Assembly: GCA_002269645.1 (NCBI GenBank)
Contig: NIVC01000359.1
Location: forward strand, 248,001-312,000
Source of the DNA: Macrostomum lignano
Taxonomy: Eukaryota
Direction of reading: 5' to 3'
DNA length: 64,000 nt
In this document: in pieces, positions 25,076 through 35,165 of the stretch
Numbering within the stretch: position 1 is the first letter of the stretch
How the letters are laid out: each line of letters starts with the position of its first letter
Notes under the pieces: generated by a model
What the model saw: only the letters and a program-made list of their open reading frames with translations
Told to the model about the DNA's origin: nothing
Database searches by the model: none
Program-made: the position numbers and the translations under genes

Positions 25076-26199
25076 GCAAAGGGTGAAACAGTCCCGGCGA
25101 ATAGCCCTCCTGCCGCTTCAAAGTTAAGAGACTGTCTGGCAAAGTGTACCCGGGGTTTAGTGGGTGGGGAGGTTCCTTCGGGTCGCCACGGCCGTGGGGG
25201 CGGTCATATGACCGGTTTTTTGGCTTTACGAGTACTAACCCAGGAGAAGGCACGGGCTTCCCTGATTGGTCACTCAACCCCCTCTAGCCCCGGGGAGGTT
25301 TTGATTTGAGTTTGGAGTAGGTGCGAAGCCCCGACGGTAGGGGGTAGGGCCCGCCCTCAGCCCGACTGGTGTCGCCTGCTCGGCTTGATGGCCACAGTCG
25401 TCTTTTAGCCTAGCTTAGAAACCTAGTGTACATTAGTACACTCCCAACATGGATCCTAATTCATTCCTAGTGGCGTAAGAGCCTGTTCAATGGCTGAGGC
25501 GCCTTATTAGCTCGTACTTATTTAGTTAGTAGTTAGTGTATTTGCTGGCAACGAGGAGTATGCGAACACGCGGCGACGCAAGGTACACAAAAAGAGTGTG
25601 AGTAAAATTTAAATTGGCGGGAAAACCAGCTCTTTTAAACCTAAGATGCCTATCACAAATGATAATTATAAACGAGAATTAAATTAATAGAAAGTAAAAA
25701 AGTAAAGTACAATATCTCAAATTAAGTTAAATTGAGATGGTAATTAAATAACCAGCAAAGGACTTAACTACAAACTAATTTCAATATATAAATTCACACA
25801 GAAACTAAAAAAATAAAGTTGATAACGACGTCGTTGCATAAGCTTCATGTGTATCGCTGATTCTATTAGAAGGCTCTTGCCCTTACTCTTCTGCACATTT
25901 GCAATTTTTTTCTGAATTTCAATTTTGGTGGGTTCGAAGCAGTCAACTAAGCTAATAGGCATATTCTCGTGGATCTCACGTTAATTTATTTATTAGATTA
26001 TTAGATTATTGATTATGTTGCTAATCACAGCTTAGTCGGTGCAAACCACTCGAGTTTCAATTTATTTTAGAATAAATTGAAGCTCGCTTAATTGCTTCTC
26101 CAATGTGTCGGGTCGTGGGTTGCTCATTTTCAGATGGCTTGTGATTCAAAATTCACTTGTGACTCAGTTGTCACCTTTTTTTGACTGTCGCCGGTCTCG

Positions 26200-26460
26200 A
26201 TCAGGTAGGGCTTCGGACTGCGGGACTGCCTTCACAGGACGCAAGGCGTTCAATGGCAGCATTTCGGTGATCTCTGCCAGCTAGTACGTCAGTTATCTGG
26301 TATCTGGAGCCAGCGAGAAGGAAAGCAACCCTGAGAATGCACGCACACGGATACTCGGCAGGCAGGCTCGCACTCATACATGGTGAACAATGACCCTGGC
26401 TTTCTCTCATTGTTGTGCATGTGCACACTTGGGTGGGAGGGTCCTTGAGGGCGGGAATCG
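26200..26460 (-). mobile_element. Diverged partial copy of SINE family 1
   Basis: cggatac...gcaggc...cactcatac...gcatgtgcacac...ttgggtgggagg aligns by eye with the bodies at 19700-19830 and 20880-20980. Confidence 0.4.
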
Positions 26461-26534
26461 CTCGCCAAACGTATCGGAAAATTAGAATTTTTTTACCCAA
26501 AATTAATGTGGTCACGAGTGAGTCATAGAAACCA

Positions 26535-27223
26535 ACCCAGTTATTCAGGCAGTGCTATCAGTGCTTTCAACAAAATTTCAAGAAAGTTTAGAATGGAAGT
26601 CAGCAAAGAAAAGAGCAAGACAATGGTGACAGGGATCGAATGGTGAAGACAAAGTCAGGTGCGCTAGGGATTGTGATTGATGGAGGAAGAATGGAAAGAG
26701 GTGAAGAAGTTTAAATTATATATGGGGGGGGGCAACCATTATGGAGAATGGGACATCGGAGGAAGAGAGGCGGTCACATGGGCGACGCTGCCGTGTGGGT
26801 GCGAGAGCTGGACTCTGGGGGGAAGTAAAGTGTGAAGGCACTCAAAGTGTTTGAAATGGAATGTTCCAGAAGAATGCTAAGGATTTCATGGAAAGAGAAA
26901 AAGACAAATGCCTGGGTTTGGAGAAAGGTGAAGGAGGCATTCGGAAACGAACCATGGAATCTGTGCAGGAGATCATCTAAATATTATGGACATCAGAGGA
27001 GGAAGGGAACCATGGCTAATATCTGTATTCAAGGAGAAATGGAAGGTGAAAGAAGAAGAGGAAGACTGAAAAGGCAGTGGGAAGATAACCTGAAGGAATG
27101 GACCGGATGGACAATGGAGAGGCTAAGAATTGAGCAGTGAAGGACAGGCAGTGGTGGCGGAAGCTGGTGCATGCATGGGTGCGCCCACGGCCATGACGGC
27201 TACGGTAAAGAAGAAAAAGAAGA
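26535..27223 (+). mobile_element. RTE-clade LINE, 5'-truncated 3' end
   Basis: ESWT...VFEMECSRRMLRISW...YYGH...IQGEMEGERRRGR...WEDNLKEWT, a typical RTE post-RT region; (AAG)n tail at about 27208-27223. Confidence 0.85.
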
Positions 27224-27355
27224 CCACTGCTAAGGCATGCACGTGGTGCATTTCACATTTTGGCATTTTTTGCAAATCGTACAAGCGTAGAAACAGCAAG
27301 CAAAACATAGATCGGACTCTTCGTAACTCAATCGAATTATTTAATTCTGTCAGCT

Positions 27356-27362
27356 AAAAAAA
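27356..27362 (-). terminator. Pol III oligo-T terminator of tRNA-Phe
   Basis: T7 run on the minus strand, 1 nt after the tRNA 3' end. Confidence 0.85.
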
Positions 27363-27363
27363 T

Positions 27364-27436
27364 TGCCGCGACCCGGGATCGAACCAGGGACCTTTAGATC
27401 TTCAGTCTAACGCTCTCCCTACTGAGCTATCGCGGC
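27364..27436 (-). tRNA. tRNA-Phe (GAA)
   Basis: GCCGCGATAGCTCAGTAGGGAGAGCGTTAGACTGAAGATCTAAAGGTCCCTGGTTCGATCCCGGGTCGCGGCA: paired acceptor stem, GAA anticodon, A and B boxes; closely matches the eukaryotic cytosolic tRNA-Phe. Confidence 0.98.
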
Positions 27437-27713
27437 GGTGCTGTGTTGCACGTTTCTCTTGCCCCTTGAATAAAGGGTGGGTAGCGGGCTCGCAGTTACC
27501 TACTCGAGTGCAGTATTCTAGAATGATACAGAACAGGTACGAGAGTCGCTTTCAGCTAATTCCCTTATCAACTTTGCAGCTCAAGCAATTAAACTGAATT
27601 AGGTTGAAGTGTTTGTGCGTCTCTCTTGAAACAGTAGCTACAGGAATGCACTAGCTTTCCTTCCTGGTTAGCTCAGTACTGGTTTTGTCAGCCTAACTGA
27701 GAATAAAGCCATC

Positions 27714-27938
27714 CAAAGTGAGAATCCTGCCTACGCTGACTGCGAAGCGCCTGGCTGCGTGCAGCCTTAGTCTATGGGCCATAGACTATAAAGGACAAGC
27801 AAAGTGATAAAAAGCCATCTAATGTGAGAATCGATTGGTCTTTTAAAACTTTGCTTGTCCTTTATAGTCTATGGCTCATAGACTAGGCTGGACGCAGCTA
27901 GGCCCTTCGCAGTCAGCGTAGGCAGGATTCTCACTTTG
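27714..27938. repeat. Long foldback palindrome (about 92-bp arms, about 42-bp spacer)
   Basis: caaagtgagaatcctgcctacgctgactgcgaag...ggacaagcaaagt is the near-perfect reverse complement of actttgcttgtcc...cttcgcagtcagcgtaggcaggattctcactttg; no TSD seen. Confidence 0.9.
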
Positions 27939-28243
27939 TTCAGCTTTTTGCCATAGAATTTGTGAATCTTGACTGACGAATTTCAGTCACATCTGACGAA
28001 TTCGAGGTTGAAAAGGTTTATATTTTCTGATTTTTTATACTCGTGACTGTACTTCTCAAAAGAAACACCAGGCAGAAAACGAGTCCAGAAGTGGTGCATT
28101 TAGCTCGGCAGCTTGCTACGCGACGTGTATTTTTACAGGTAGATTCAATATTACGAAGTATAAAAATATAATGTCATTTCAAGATTTATAATTAGGAGAT
28201 AGGATACTCTGTTCTCGTTTGAAGGTGTTTGGTGTTACTGTGG

Positions 28244-28516
28244 TCACTGCTTCTGCAGTTCGGCAGACGCGATCTGCTGGCCCAGCAGGCTGTGGCTGTT
28301 CCGGCTGGTCATCTTTCGCACGCCAGTCTCCGTGAATGTCATCGCCAAGCGGACCTGGTGCAGCCAGGGCTTCTCCTTGAAGTTCTGCGCCGCGCTCAGG
28401 CACTGGATGGCGTACTCTCTGGATGGCACGCCTCGGTGCTTGTGGTACAAATCCAACACCTGCTTCACCTCGTTTACTTCGCCCCGCTTCAAGTGCAAAA
28501 AAGGTCGCGGCGTGTC
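28244..28516 (-). CDS. ANKUB1: ANKUB1 ortholog, exon 5 (terminal, with stop)
   Basis: Acceptor tttaaag|GAC, phase 0; PSREYAIQCLSAAQNFKEKPWLHQV resembles the ANKUB1 C-terminal motif. Confidence 0.85.
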   Translation of the reverse strand, partial: DTPRPFLHLKRGEVNEVKQVLDLYHKHRGVPSREYAIQCLSAAQNFKEKPWLHQVRLAMTFTETGVRKMTSRNSHSLLGQQIASAELQKQ

Positions 28517-28584
28517 CTTTAAATGAAGGAATAATAAACAATTTATGTAATGAATTGTTTGTGAATCAGATTTCTACATTTTTA

Positions 28585-28975
28585 ACAGCGCTGTCTCCCT
28601 ACAAGCGACAGGATTCCTACATTATTAAACAGGGCTGTCTCCCTACAAGCGACAGGATTCCTACATTATTGAACAGCGCCGTCTCACTACAAGCGACAGG
28701 ATTCCTACATTTTGAACAGCGTTGTCTCCCTACAGGCGACAGGATTCCTACATTATCGAACAGCGCTGTCTCACTACAAGCGACAGGATTCCTACATTAT
28801 TGAACAGGGCTGTCTCCCTACAAGCGACAGGATTCCTACATTATTGAACAGCGTTGTCTCCCTACAAGCGACAGAATTCCTACATTATTAAACAGGGCTG
28901 TCTCCCTACAAGAGACAGAATTCCTACATTATTGAACAGCGCTGTCTCCCTACAAGCGACAGGATTCCTACATTA
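28585..28975. repeat. 44-bp minisatellite, about 9 copies, ANKUB1 intron 4
   Basis: Unit acagcgctgtctccctacaagcgacaggattcctacattattga. Confidence 0.95.
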
Positions 28976-29012
28976 GCTGTTGTCTAAGAATAACGCAACA
29001 GAAACAACTCAC

Positions 29013-29324
29013 ATCGATGCTCTGAATAGGCAACGGAATCGAACCGTCGTTGCCTTTAGCTTTAGCCAGAAGACTAGCTGAAGCATTCTGTTTGCCAGGC
29101 TTCGGCTGCTGCTGCTGCTGCTGCTGCTTCTGCTGCGGTTGAGGGTTAATCTCAGGCCCTGCGCCCACAGTCTGCTGCTGCTGGGCTGTCGCTGTCGCAC
29201 TCTTCGCTGAAGATGGCCTGGACTGGAGCTGCTGCCTGTCCCGCCCGAGTGGTGGCAGCCGCTCCCCGGCGGGCTCCTCGGCTCCATCAGGCGGCTTGTT
29301 GCCGGCCATCTTGGCCCACTTGTT
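29013..29324 (-). CDS. ANKUB1: ANKUB1 ortholog, exon 4 (low-complexity, polyQ)
   Basis: Acceptor gggcag|AAC, donor GAT|gtgagt, 312 nt, phase 0 to 0, matching the neighbouring exons. Confidence 0.75.
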
Positions 29325-29561
29325 CTGCCCAAAAAATAGTGGCATTATAATTGTGCAAGATGGTGCCTTTCCTGTGCTTTAGTGAAAGATATTTATTCGC
29401 TTTGGAGAATAAGTATTGTAATATTCGTATAAGTTATATAACATTTTTTGTGCTGATCATGCGTCAATCATATAACCATTGTTTAGTAGGGGCGTTCTGG
29501 TGAACTAAATTGCTTTACGCTTCTAGAAAGGTGAGTAACTATGATATCTGGGCGGCGGTCC

Positions 29562-30810
29562 CAGCCTGAGGACAGGGAGGAGGTCTCAGCCTGAGGACAG
29601 GGAGGTCTCAGCCTGAGGACAGGGAGGAGGTCTCAGCCTGAGGACAGGGAGGAGGTCTCAGCCTGAGGACAGGGAGGAGGTCTCAGCCTGAGGACAGGGA
29701 GGAGGTCTCAGCCTGAGGACAGGGAGGTCTCAGCCTGAGGACAGGGAGGAGGTCTCAGCCTGAGGACAGGGAGGAGGTCTCAGCCTGAGGACAGGGAGGA
29801 GGTCTCAGCCTGAGGACAGGGAGGAGGTCTCAGCCTGAGGACAGGGAGGAGGTCTCAGCCTGAGGACAGGGAGGAGGTCTCAGCCTGAGGACAGGGAGGT
29901 CTCAGCCTCAGGACAGGGAGGTCTCAGCCTCAGGACAGGGCGGAGGTCTCAGCCTGAGGACAGGGAGGAGGTCTCAGCCTGAGGACAGGGAGGAGTTAGC
30001 AGCCTGAGGACAGCGAGGAGTTATCAGCCTGAGGACAGCGAGGAGTTAGCAGCCTGAGGACAGGGAGGAGTTATCAGCCTGAGGACAGCGAGGAGTTAGC
30101 AGCCTGAGGACAGCGAGGAGTTATCAGCCTGAGGACAGCGAGGAGTTAGCAGCCTGAGGACAGCGAGGAGTTATCAGCCTGAGGACAGGGAGGAGTTAGC
30201 AGCCTGAGGACAGCGAGGAGTTATCAGCCTGAGGACAGCGAGGAGTTAGCAGCCTGAGGACAGGGAGGAGTTAGCAGCCTGAGGACAGCGAGGAGTTAGC
30301 AGCCTGAGGACAGCGAGGAGTTAGCAGCCTGAGGACAGGAGGAGTTAGCAGCCTGAGGACAGCGAGGAGTTAGCAGCCTGAGGACAGCGAGGAGTTAGCA
30401 GCCTGAGGACAGGGAGGTCTCAGCCTGAGGACAGGGAGGTCTCAGCCTGAGGACAGCGAGGAGTTAGCAGCCTGAGGACAGGGAGGTCTCAGCCTGAGGA
30501 CAGGGAGGTCTCAGCCTGAGGACAGGGAGGTCTCAGCCTGAGGACAGGGAGGTCTCAGCCTGAGGACAGGGAGGTCTCAGCCTGAGGACAGGGAGGTCTC
30601 AGCCTGAGGACAGGGAGGTCTCAGCCTGAGGACAGGGAGGTCTCAGCCTGAGGACAGGGAGGTCTCAGCCTGAGGACAGGGAGGTCTCAGCCTGAGGACA
30701 GGGAGGTCTCAGCCTGAGGACAGGGAGGTCTCAGCCTGAGGACAGGGAGGTCTCAGCCTGAGGACAGGGAGGTCTCAGCCTGAGGACAGGGAGGTCTCAG
30801 CCTGAGGACA
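29562..30810. repeat. 22/25-bp minisatellite, about 50 copies in three variant domains, ANKUB1 intron 3
   Basis: Units (gag)gtctcagcctgaggacagggag; central domain gagttagcagcctgaggacagcgag. Confidence 0.95.
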
Positions 30811-31110
30811 CGGCGGTTCAGAGAAAACAGGTAATTAAATTAATGCTCCAGTTTCAAAAATGTCCTGGGAGAATCCTGTGCTTACGTGCTGGTGACGAAT
30901 GGCTTAAATGCAATATTTTTTCAGGTGCTCGCTAATGTTTTTATTGATCGGTTAAGTGTTTGAGCGGCCTTAAAGCAGATTATCGCTTACCGTTATGCGA
31001 GCCACTACAAGCACCTGATAGTTTAATGGGATGGCCAAAATGAAATTAAAAATGTTCGCTTAAAACAAAATTTGGGCAATGGGGGACTGAAGTGACGTAT
31101 TTAGTGAAAG

Positions 31111-31481
31111 TTGGGAGTGACCAATCGTTGGGAGTGACCAATCGTTGGGAGTGACCAATCGTTGGGAGTGACCAATCGTTGGGAGTGACCAATCGTTGGG
31201 AGTGACCAATCGTTGGGAGTGACCAATCGTTGGGAGTGACCAATCGTTGGGAGTGACCAATCGTTGGGAGTGACCAATCGTTGGGAGTGACCAATCGTTG
31301 GGAGTGACCAATCGTTGGGAGTGACCAATCGTTGGGAGTGACCAATCTTTAAGAGTGACCAATCGTTGGGAGTGACCAACCTTTAAGAGTGATCAATCGT
31401 AGGGAGTGACCAATCGTAGGGAGTGACAATCATTAAGAGTGACCAATCGTTGGGATGACCAATTTTTTAGAGTGACCAATC
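31111..31481. repeat. 17-bp minisatellite, about 20 copies, ANKUB1 intron 3
   Basis: Unit gggagtgaccaatcgtt. Confidence 0.95.
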
Positions 31482-31504
31482 ATTTCGAATCTCAACGGGC
31501 TCAC

Positions 31505-31730
31505 CTTCTGCTTGGGAATCTTCAGGCTCTTTATCGCCGATTTGAAGTGGCTCTCTGGATCGCCCAAATGTCTGGCATAGTAGCTCTCAACAGCTCGGCT
31601 GACGCTGGACTCGTGCTTCATCACGGGCGCTTTCGGGTTGCTGTTAAGCAGCTGCCGACTGTAGCCATCGATGTAGACGCCCTGGCCTACTAGGGGGAAC
31701 TCGCGGAGCTGCTTCTTCTTCAGCGAGGAT
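31505..31730 (-). CDS. ANKUB1: ANKUB1 ortholog, exon 3
   Basis: Acceptor cccaaag|A, donor AAG|gtgag, 226 nt (phase 2 to 0); encodes ...GQGVYIDGYSRQ.... Confidence 0.8.
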
Positions 31731-31943
31731 CTTTGGGTGGGGAGTGTTGTTTATAGTATATAGCTCGTACTTTTAGTACTTTATTTAGTTATATAGATAT
31801 AGTAATTGTCAGATACATAATATTGATTAATATTGTTAATGCAAATAGCTGTGCGTATCTCTTTCTAGAAAGTTCAATAAATATCCAATACAGCATCGTA
31901 CCGATATATCTATGGTTGTTAGTTCATATCGCAAATACGCTAA

Positions 31944-32604
31944 TATACTTTTTTTGCGATTGAATTCGTCCAAACTGCAAAACCTTTCGTCCACAAATGC
32001 TTTCTTAATGGGAGCTAAATTTAGATTATACCATAGACAACTGTGTTCACGCAAAACGGTTCATCCAGTTTGTAAAAAATTTCGTCTAAACCCTACGTCC
32101 AAACAGCTAACAGCTAAACGGAGCGACTTTATTTGATATCACGAGATATTGAACAAAGCAAAAACAGTGTCTCTTGTTAGAATGTTAGTTCAAAATGTCT
32201 TCGTAGTCCAAACAGCGGCCGTAGTAACCCACAGTGTGATTGGTCCATTGCTGGCACTTCTCCTGTGTAATCACGTGCAGTGCAGCTTCGACCTCTCTCT
32301 TCAAAATGTGCATCCGCCAGGCCTCGGTTCATCTTCGACTGTTTTGCCGGGTTCAGAATGGAAGATATGCGTTGCTGTAGCTGTAGTGGTAGCAAAAGCG
32401 AACTGTCAATTGGGTGTTAACTATGGTAGGAACAGCACACTCGGTCGGTCTCTAGTCTAGGGGACGAAATGTTTTACAAACTGGATGAACCGTTTTGCGT
32501 GAACACAGTTGTCTATGGTATGATCTAAATTTAACTCCCATTAAGAAAGCATTTGTGGACGAAAGGTTTTGCAGTTTGGACGAATTCAATCGCAAAAAAG
32601 TATA
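31944..32604. mobile_element. About 660-bp MITE with about 143-bp TIRs and TA ends (Tc1/mariner/pogo-like), ANKUB1 intron 2
   Basis: 31944-32086 is the near-perfect reverse complement of 32463-32604; both ends read TA-TACTTTTTT. Confidence 0.85.
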
Positions 32605-32702
32605 CTTTAAGTGCCCCCCCACAAACTGCTCAATTTTTCATCTTGTGTTTTTTTTCAAAACTGATAAAATATACTTAATTAAAAGAAGCAAATTTCAACA
32701 GG

Positions 32703-32935
32703 GAGTCAGTGGGGTGAGGAGTCAGTGGGGTGAGGAGTCAGTGGGGTGAGGAGTCAGTGGGGTGAGGAGTCAGTGGGGTGAGGAGTCAGTGGGGTGAGGA
32801 GTCAGTGGGGTGAGGAGTCAGTGGGGTGAGAAGTCAGTGGGGTGAGGAGTCAGTGGGGTGAGGAGTCAGTGGGGTGAGAAGTCAGTGGGGTGAGGAGTCA
32901 GTGGGTGAGGAGTCAGTGGATGAGGAGTCAGTGGG
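32703..32935. repeat. 16-bp G-rich minisatellite, about 14 copies
   Basis: Unit gagtcagtggggtgag. Confidence 0.95.
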
Positions 32936-32940
32936 ATGAC

Positions 32941-33189
32941 GTCACGAGGCTATAACTTCAAGTCACGAGGATGCGCAGTCAAGTCACGAGGATGCGCAGT
33001 CAAGTCACGAGGATGCGCAGTCAAGTCACGAGGATGGGCAGTCAAGTCACGAGGATGGGCAGTCAAGTCACGAGGATGGGCAGTCAAGTCACGAGGATGG
33101 GCAGTCAAGTCACGAGGATGCGCAGTCAAGTCACGAGGATGCGCAGTCAAGTCACGAGGATGCACAGTCAAGTCACGAGGATGCACAGT
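32941..33189. repeat. 21-bp minisatellite, about 11 copies
   Basis: Unit agtcaagtcacgaggatgcgc, directly abutting the 16-bp array. Confidence 0.95.
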
Positions 33190-33214
33190 GTAAAGAGACG
33201 AGTCAAAGTCTCAC

Positions 33215-34148
33215 TTGTCCTGTCCCTGCAGTACGGAGACCTTGTCCTTGGCCTTGTCAGACCAGTTCTTCATCCTAGCAAAGATGGCCAGCGGCACGGT
33301 GCTGTTGCTGTAGGGTATGCGGCTCCACTGTTTAGTTAGCAGGAAGCTGGCGCATGACTTTTGCTTCTGACGCAGCGCCAGATTCAGCGGCTGCAGACCG
33401 GCGCCGTCGCGCACCATGATGGAGCAGACGTTGTGATGGACGAAGCCGCGCAGCACTGACAGCTGGCCGCTCTCCACCGCCTCGTGGATCGGTGACTTCT
33501 TCAAGTCGGGGTGCCGCTCAGCCGAGCACCACTGCTTGAGCGGGTGAGCGCCAACAGCTTCGTCGCATCGGATGCCGCACTGCCTGGTGAGGGTGGTGCT
33601 CAGCTCGACCTGGCCAAAATGGGCCGCCATGTACAGAGCAACCTTCATTTGGAATTTGGCCAGAGCATCGTCGGTTCGATTCACGAGCTCCAGCACGTGG
33701 CTTGTGAAACCCAGCGACGCCAGTTTGAGCAGGTCGGTCCAGCCGTCCCAGGTCTCCACGCGGATGGTGTCCCCGGGCCGCACCGAGTAGTCCTCCATGG
33801 TGTGGCAGTCGTACATCTCCGCTCCGGACGAGGTGGTCAGGCGGAACACTCCCACGGGCAGGCCGGTGCGCCTTGAGGCCATGCCGCGAAGGGAGGCCAC
33901 GGTGTAGTTGAGCAGTTTGATGCGGTCCAGTATGGGCATGAGCTCCTCGCTGTAGCCGACTCGCAGGTACAGCACGGGGTCGGTCTCCTCCTTGACGTAG
34001 GCGCGCAGAGTGGCGCCGGGCCGGATGCCCATGTCGGAGAGGATCCAGCGGTCGTCCAGCTCGGCGCCGGCGTAGGACAGCACCAGAGTGTTGCGCTCGA
34101 AGTTGATGTCGCCGAGCTGGACTTGGTCAACCCGGATCTTGAAGCGAT
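33215..34148 (-). CDS. ANKUB1: ANKUB1 ortholog, exon 2 (ubiquitin-like domains plus ankyrin repeats)
   Basis: YAGAELDDRWILSDMGI, GAEMYDCHTMEDY, ETWDGW, KVALYMAAHFG, EAVGAHPLKQWC, SPIHEAVESGQL match vertebrate ANKUB1 as recalled; acceptor ctag|AT, donor AA|gtgag, 934 nt (phase 1 to 2). Confidence 0.92.
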
Positions 34149-34264
34149 CTAGTACCGCGGAGATGAGGGGAGGAAGCTGAGCTTTTCGTGGAGGTTTTTG
34201 CACTTTTTATCACATTTTTAATTGATTACACCTGCCCCAATTGGGCCAGTTGTGCAACCGACAG

Positions 34265-34478
34265 CTCAGCCGCAGCTATTGCTCGGCACATCTGAAGGCT
34301 GCGAAGGACTGGGGCTCAATTACCCCAGCTAATGCTGGCACCCATTTTACAGCCGGGTGAATTGAAGCAATTCAGAGTTAAGTGTCTTGCTTAAGGACAC
34401 AAATTGTTCTGAGTGGGTCGTGAATCGAACCCCCGACCTTTAAGTCGTGACCCTATATCTGTATCGCTTAGAGCGGGG
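34265..34478 (-). mobile_element. CORE-SINE (MIR-like), ANKUB1 intron 1
   Basis: Minus strand: B box ggttcgattca, then gtgtccttaagcaagacacttaac...ctgtaaaatgggt, which matches the CORE domain consensus. Confidence 0.75.
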
Positions 34479-35074
34479 ATTTAATCTGTTTCACAGCACA
34501 GAATATGCTCAGAATGCTTAATCACCTATTTTGAAAAAAAATATTTGCAAACGAATTGCATCCCTACACTAGTTACTCTCATTGTGAAAAAATAAATTGA
34601 ATGGCATTTTCAAATTATTTGCAATGTATTGCTGGTTTTGTGAGAGCGGAGAGAGCCGCATAACGGAGCTTAATTACGTAACAAAACGAAATTACAAAAT
34701 TCTAACGAATTGTGCTTCGTAATTCTACGGAAAAATTCAGAAAATTTGCGAAACCCCTCAAAAAACCGGATAATCCCGTCCTGAACCAAATCAAGACCCC
34801 AAATCCAGGACCAGTGTAGTATAACAGGACGTAAAACACAAGGATAGTGTAATTTTTTGGAGGCCAATTTCCTGGAAAAATACACTTCGTAGATATCACA
34901 AATCATTTTTTCTCATCACACAATCAGTGATTGCATTTGATCGGGGCTGTGAAGATTACCTTTCTTCTAATTTAGCGCGCACAGCATGTCACTTTGTTGT
35001 ATCTTACTTAGCTGTATAGTGAAAGTCTCACTCATTTTAAATGTAGACATTCGGATCGTGTATTGTCGTCTTAC

Positions 35075-35165
35075 CTTTGATAATCTGCTTGATGTCCGCC
35101 ACCGTCTTGCCCTCGGGCAGGTCCAGTGAGCTTCGCCCGTTCTCGTGGCAGATGAACACTCGCAT
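35075..35165 (-). CDS. ANKUB1: ANKUB1 ortholog, exon 1
   Basis: MRVFICHENGRSSLDLPEGKTVADIKQIIK+G, donor G|gtaag; resembles the ANKUB1 N-terminus (MRIFIAF...); G+AT gives Asp in frame with exon 2. Five exons total 1836 nt (611 aa plus stop). Confidence 0.88.

Noticed and set aside
28179-34130. Overlapping ORFs around ANKUB1 (28179-28541, 28229-28803, 29009-29332, 33511-33876, 33837-34130)
   Set aside because: Alternative-frame or antisense shadows of the real exons.
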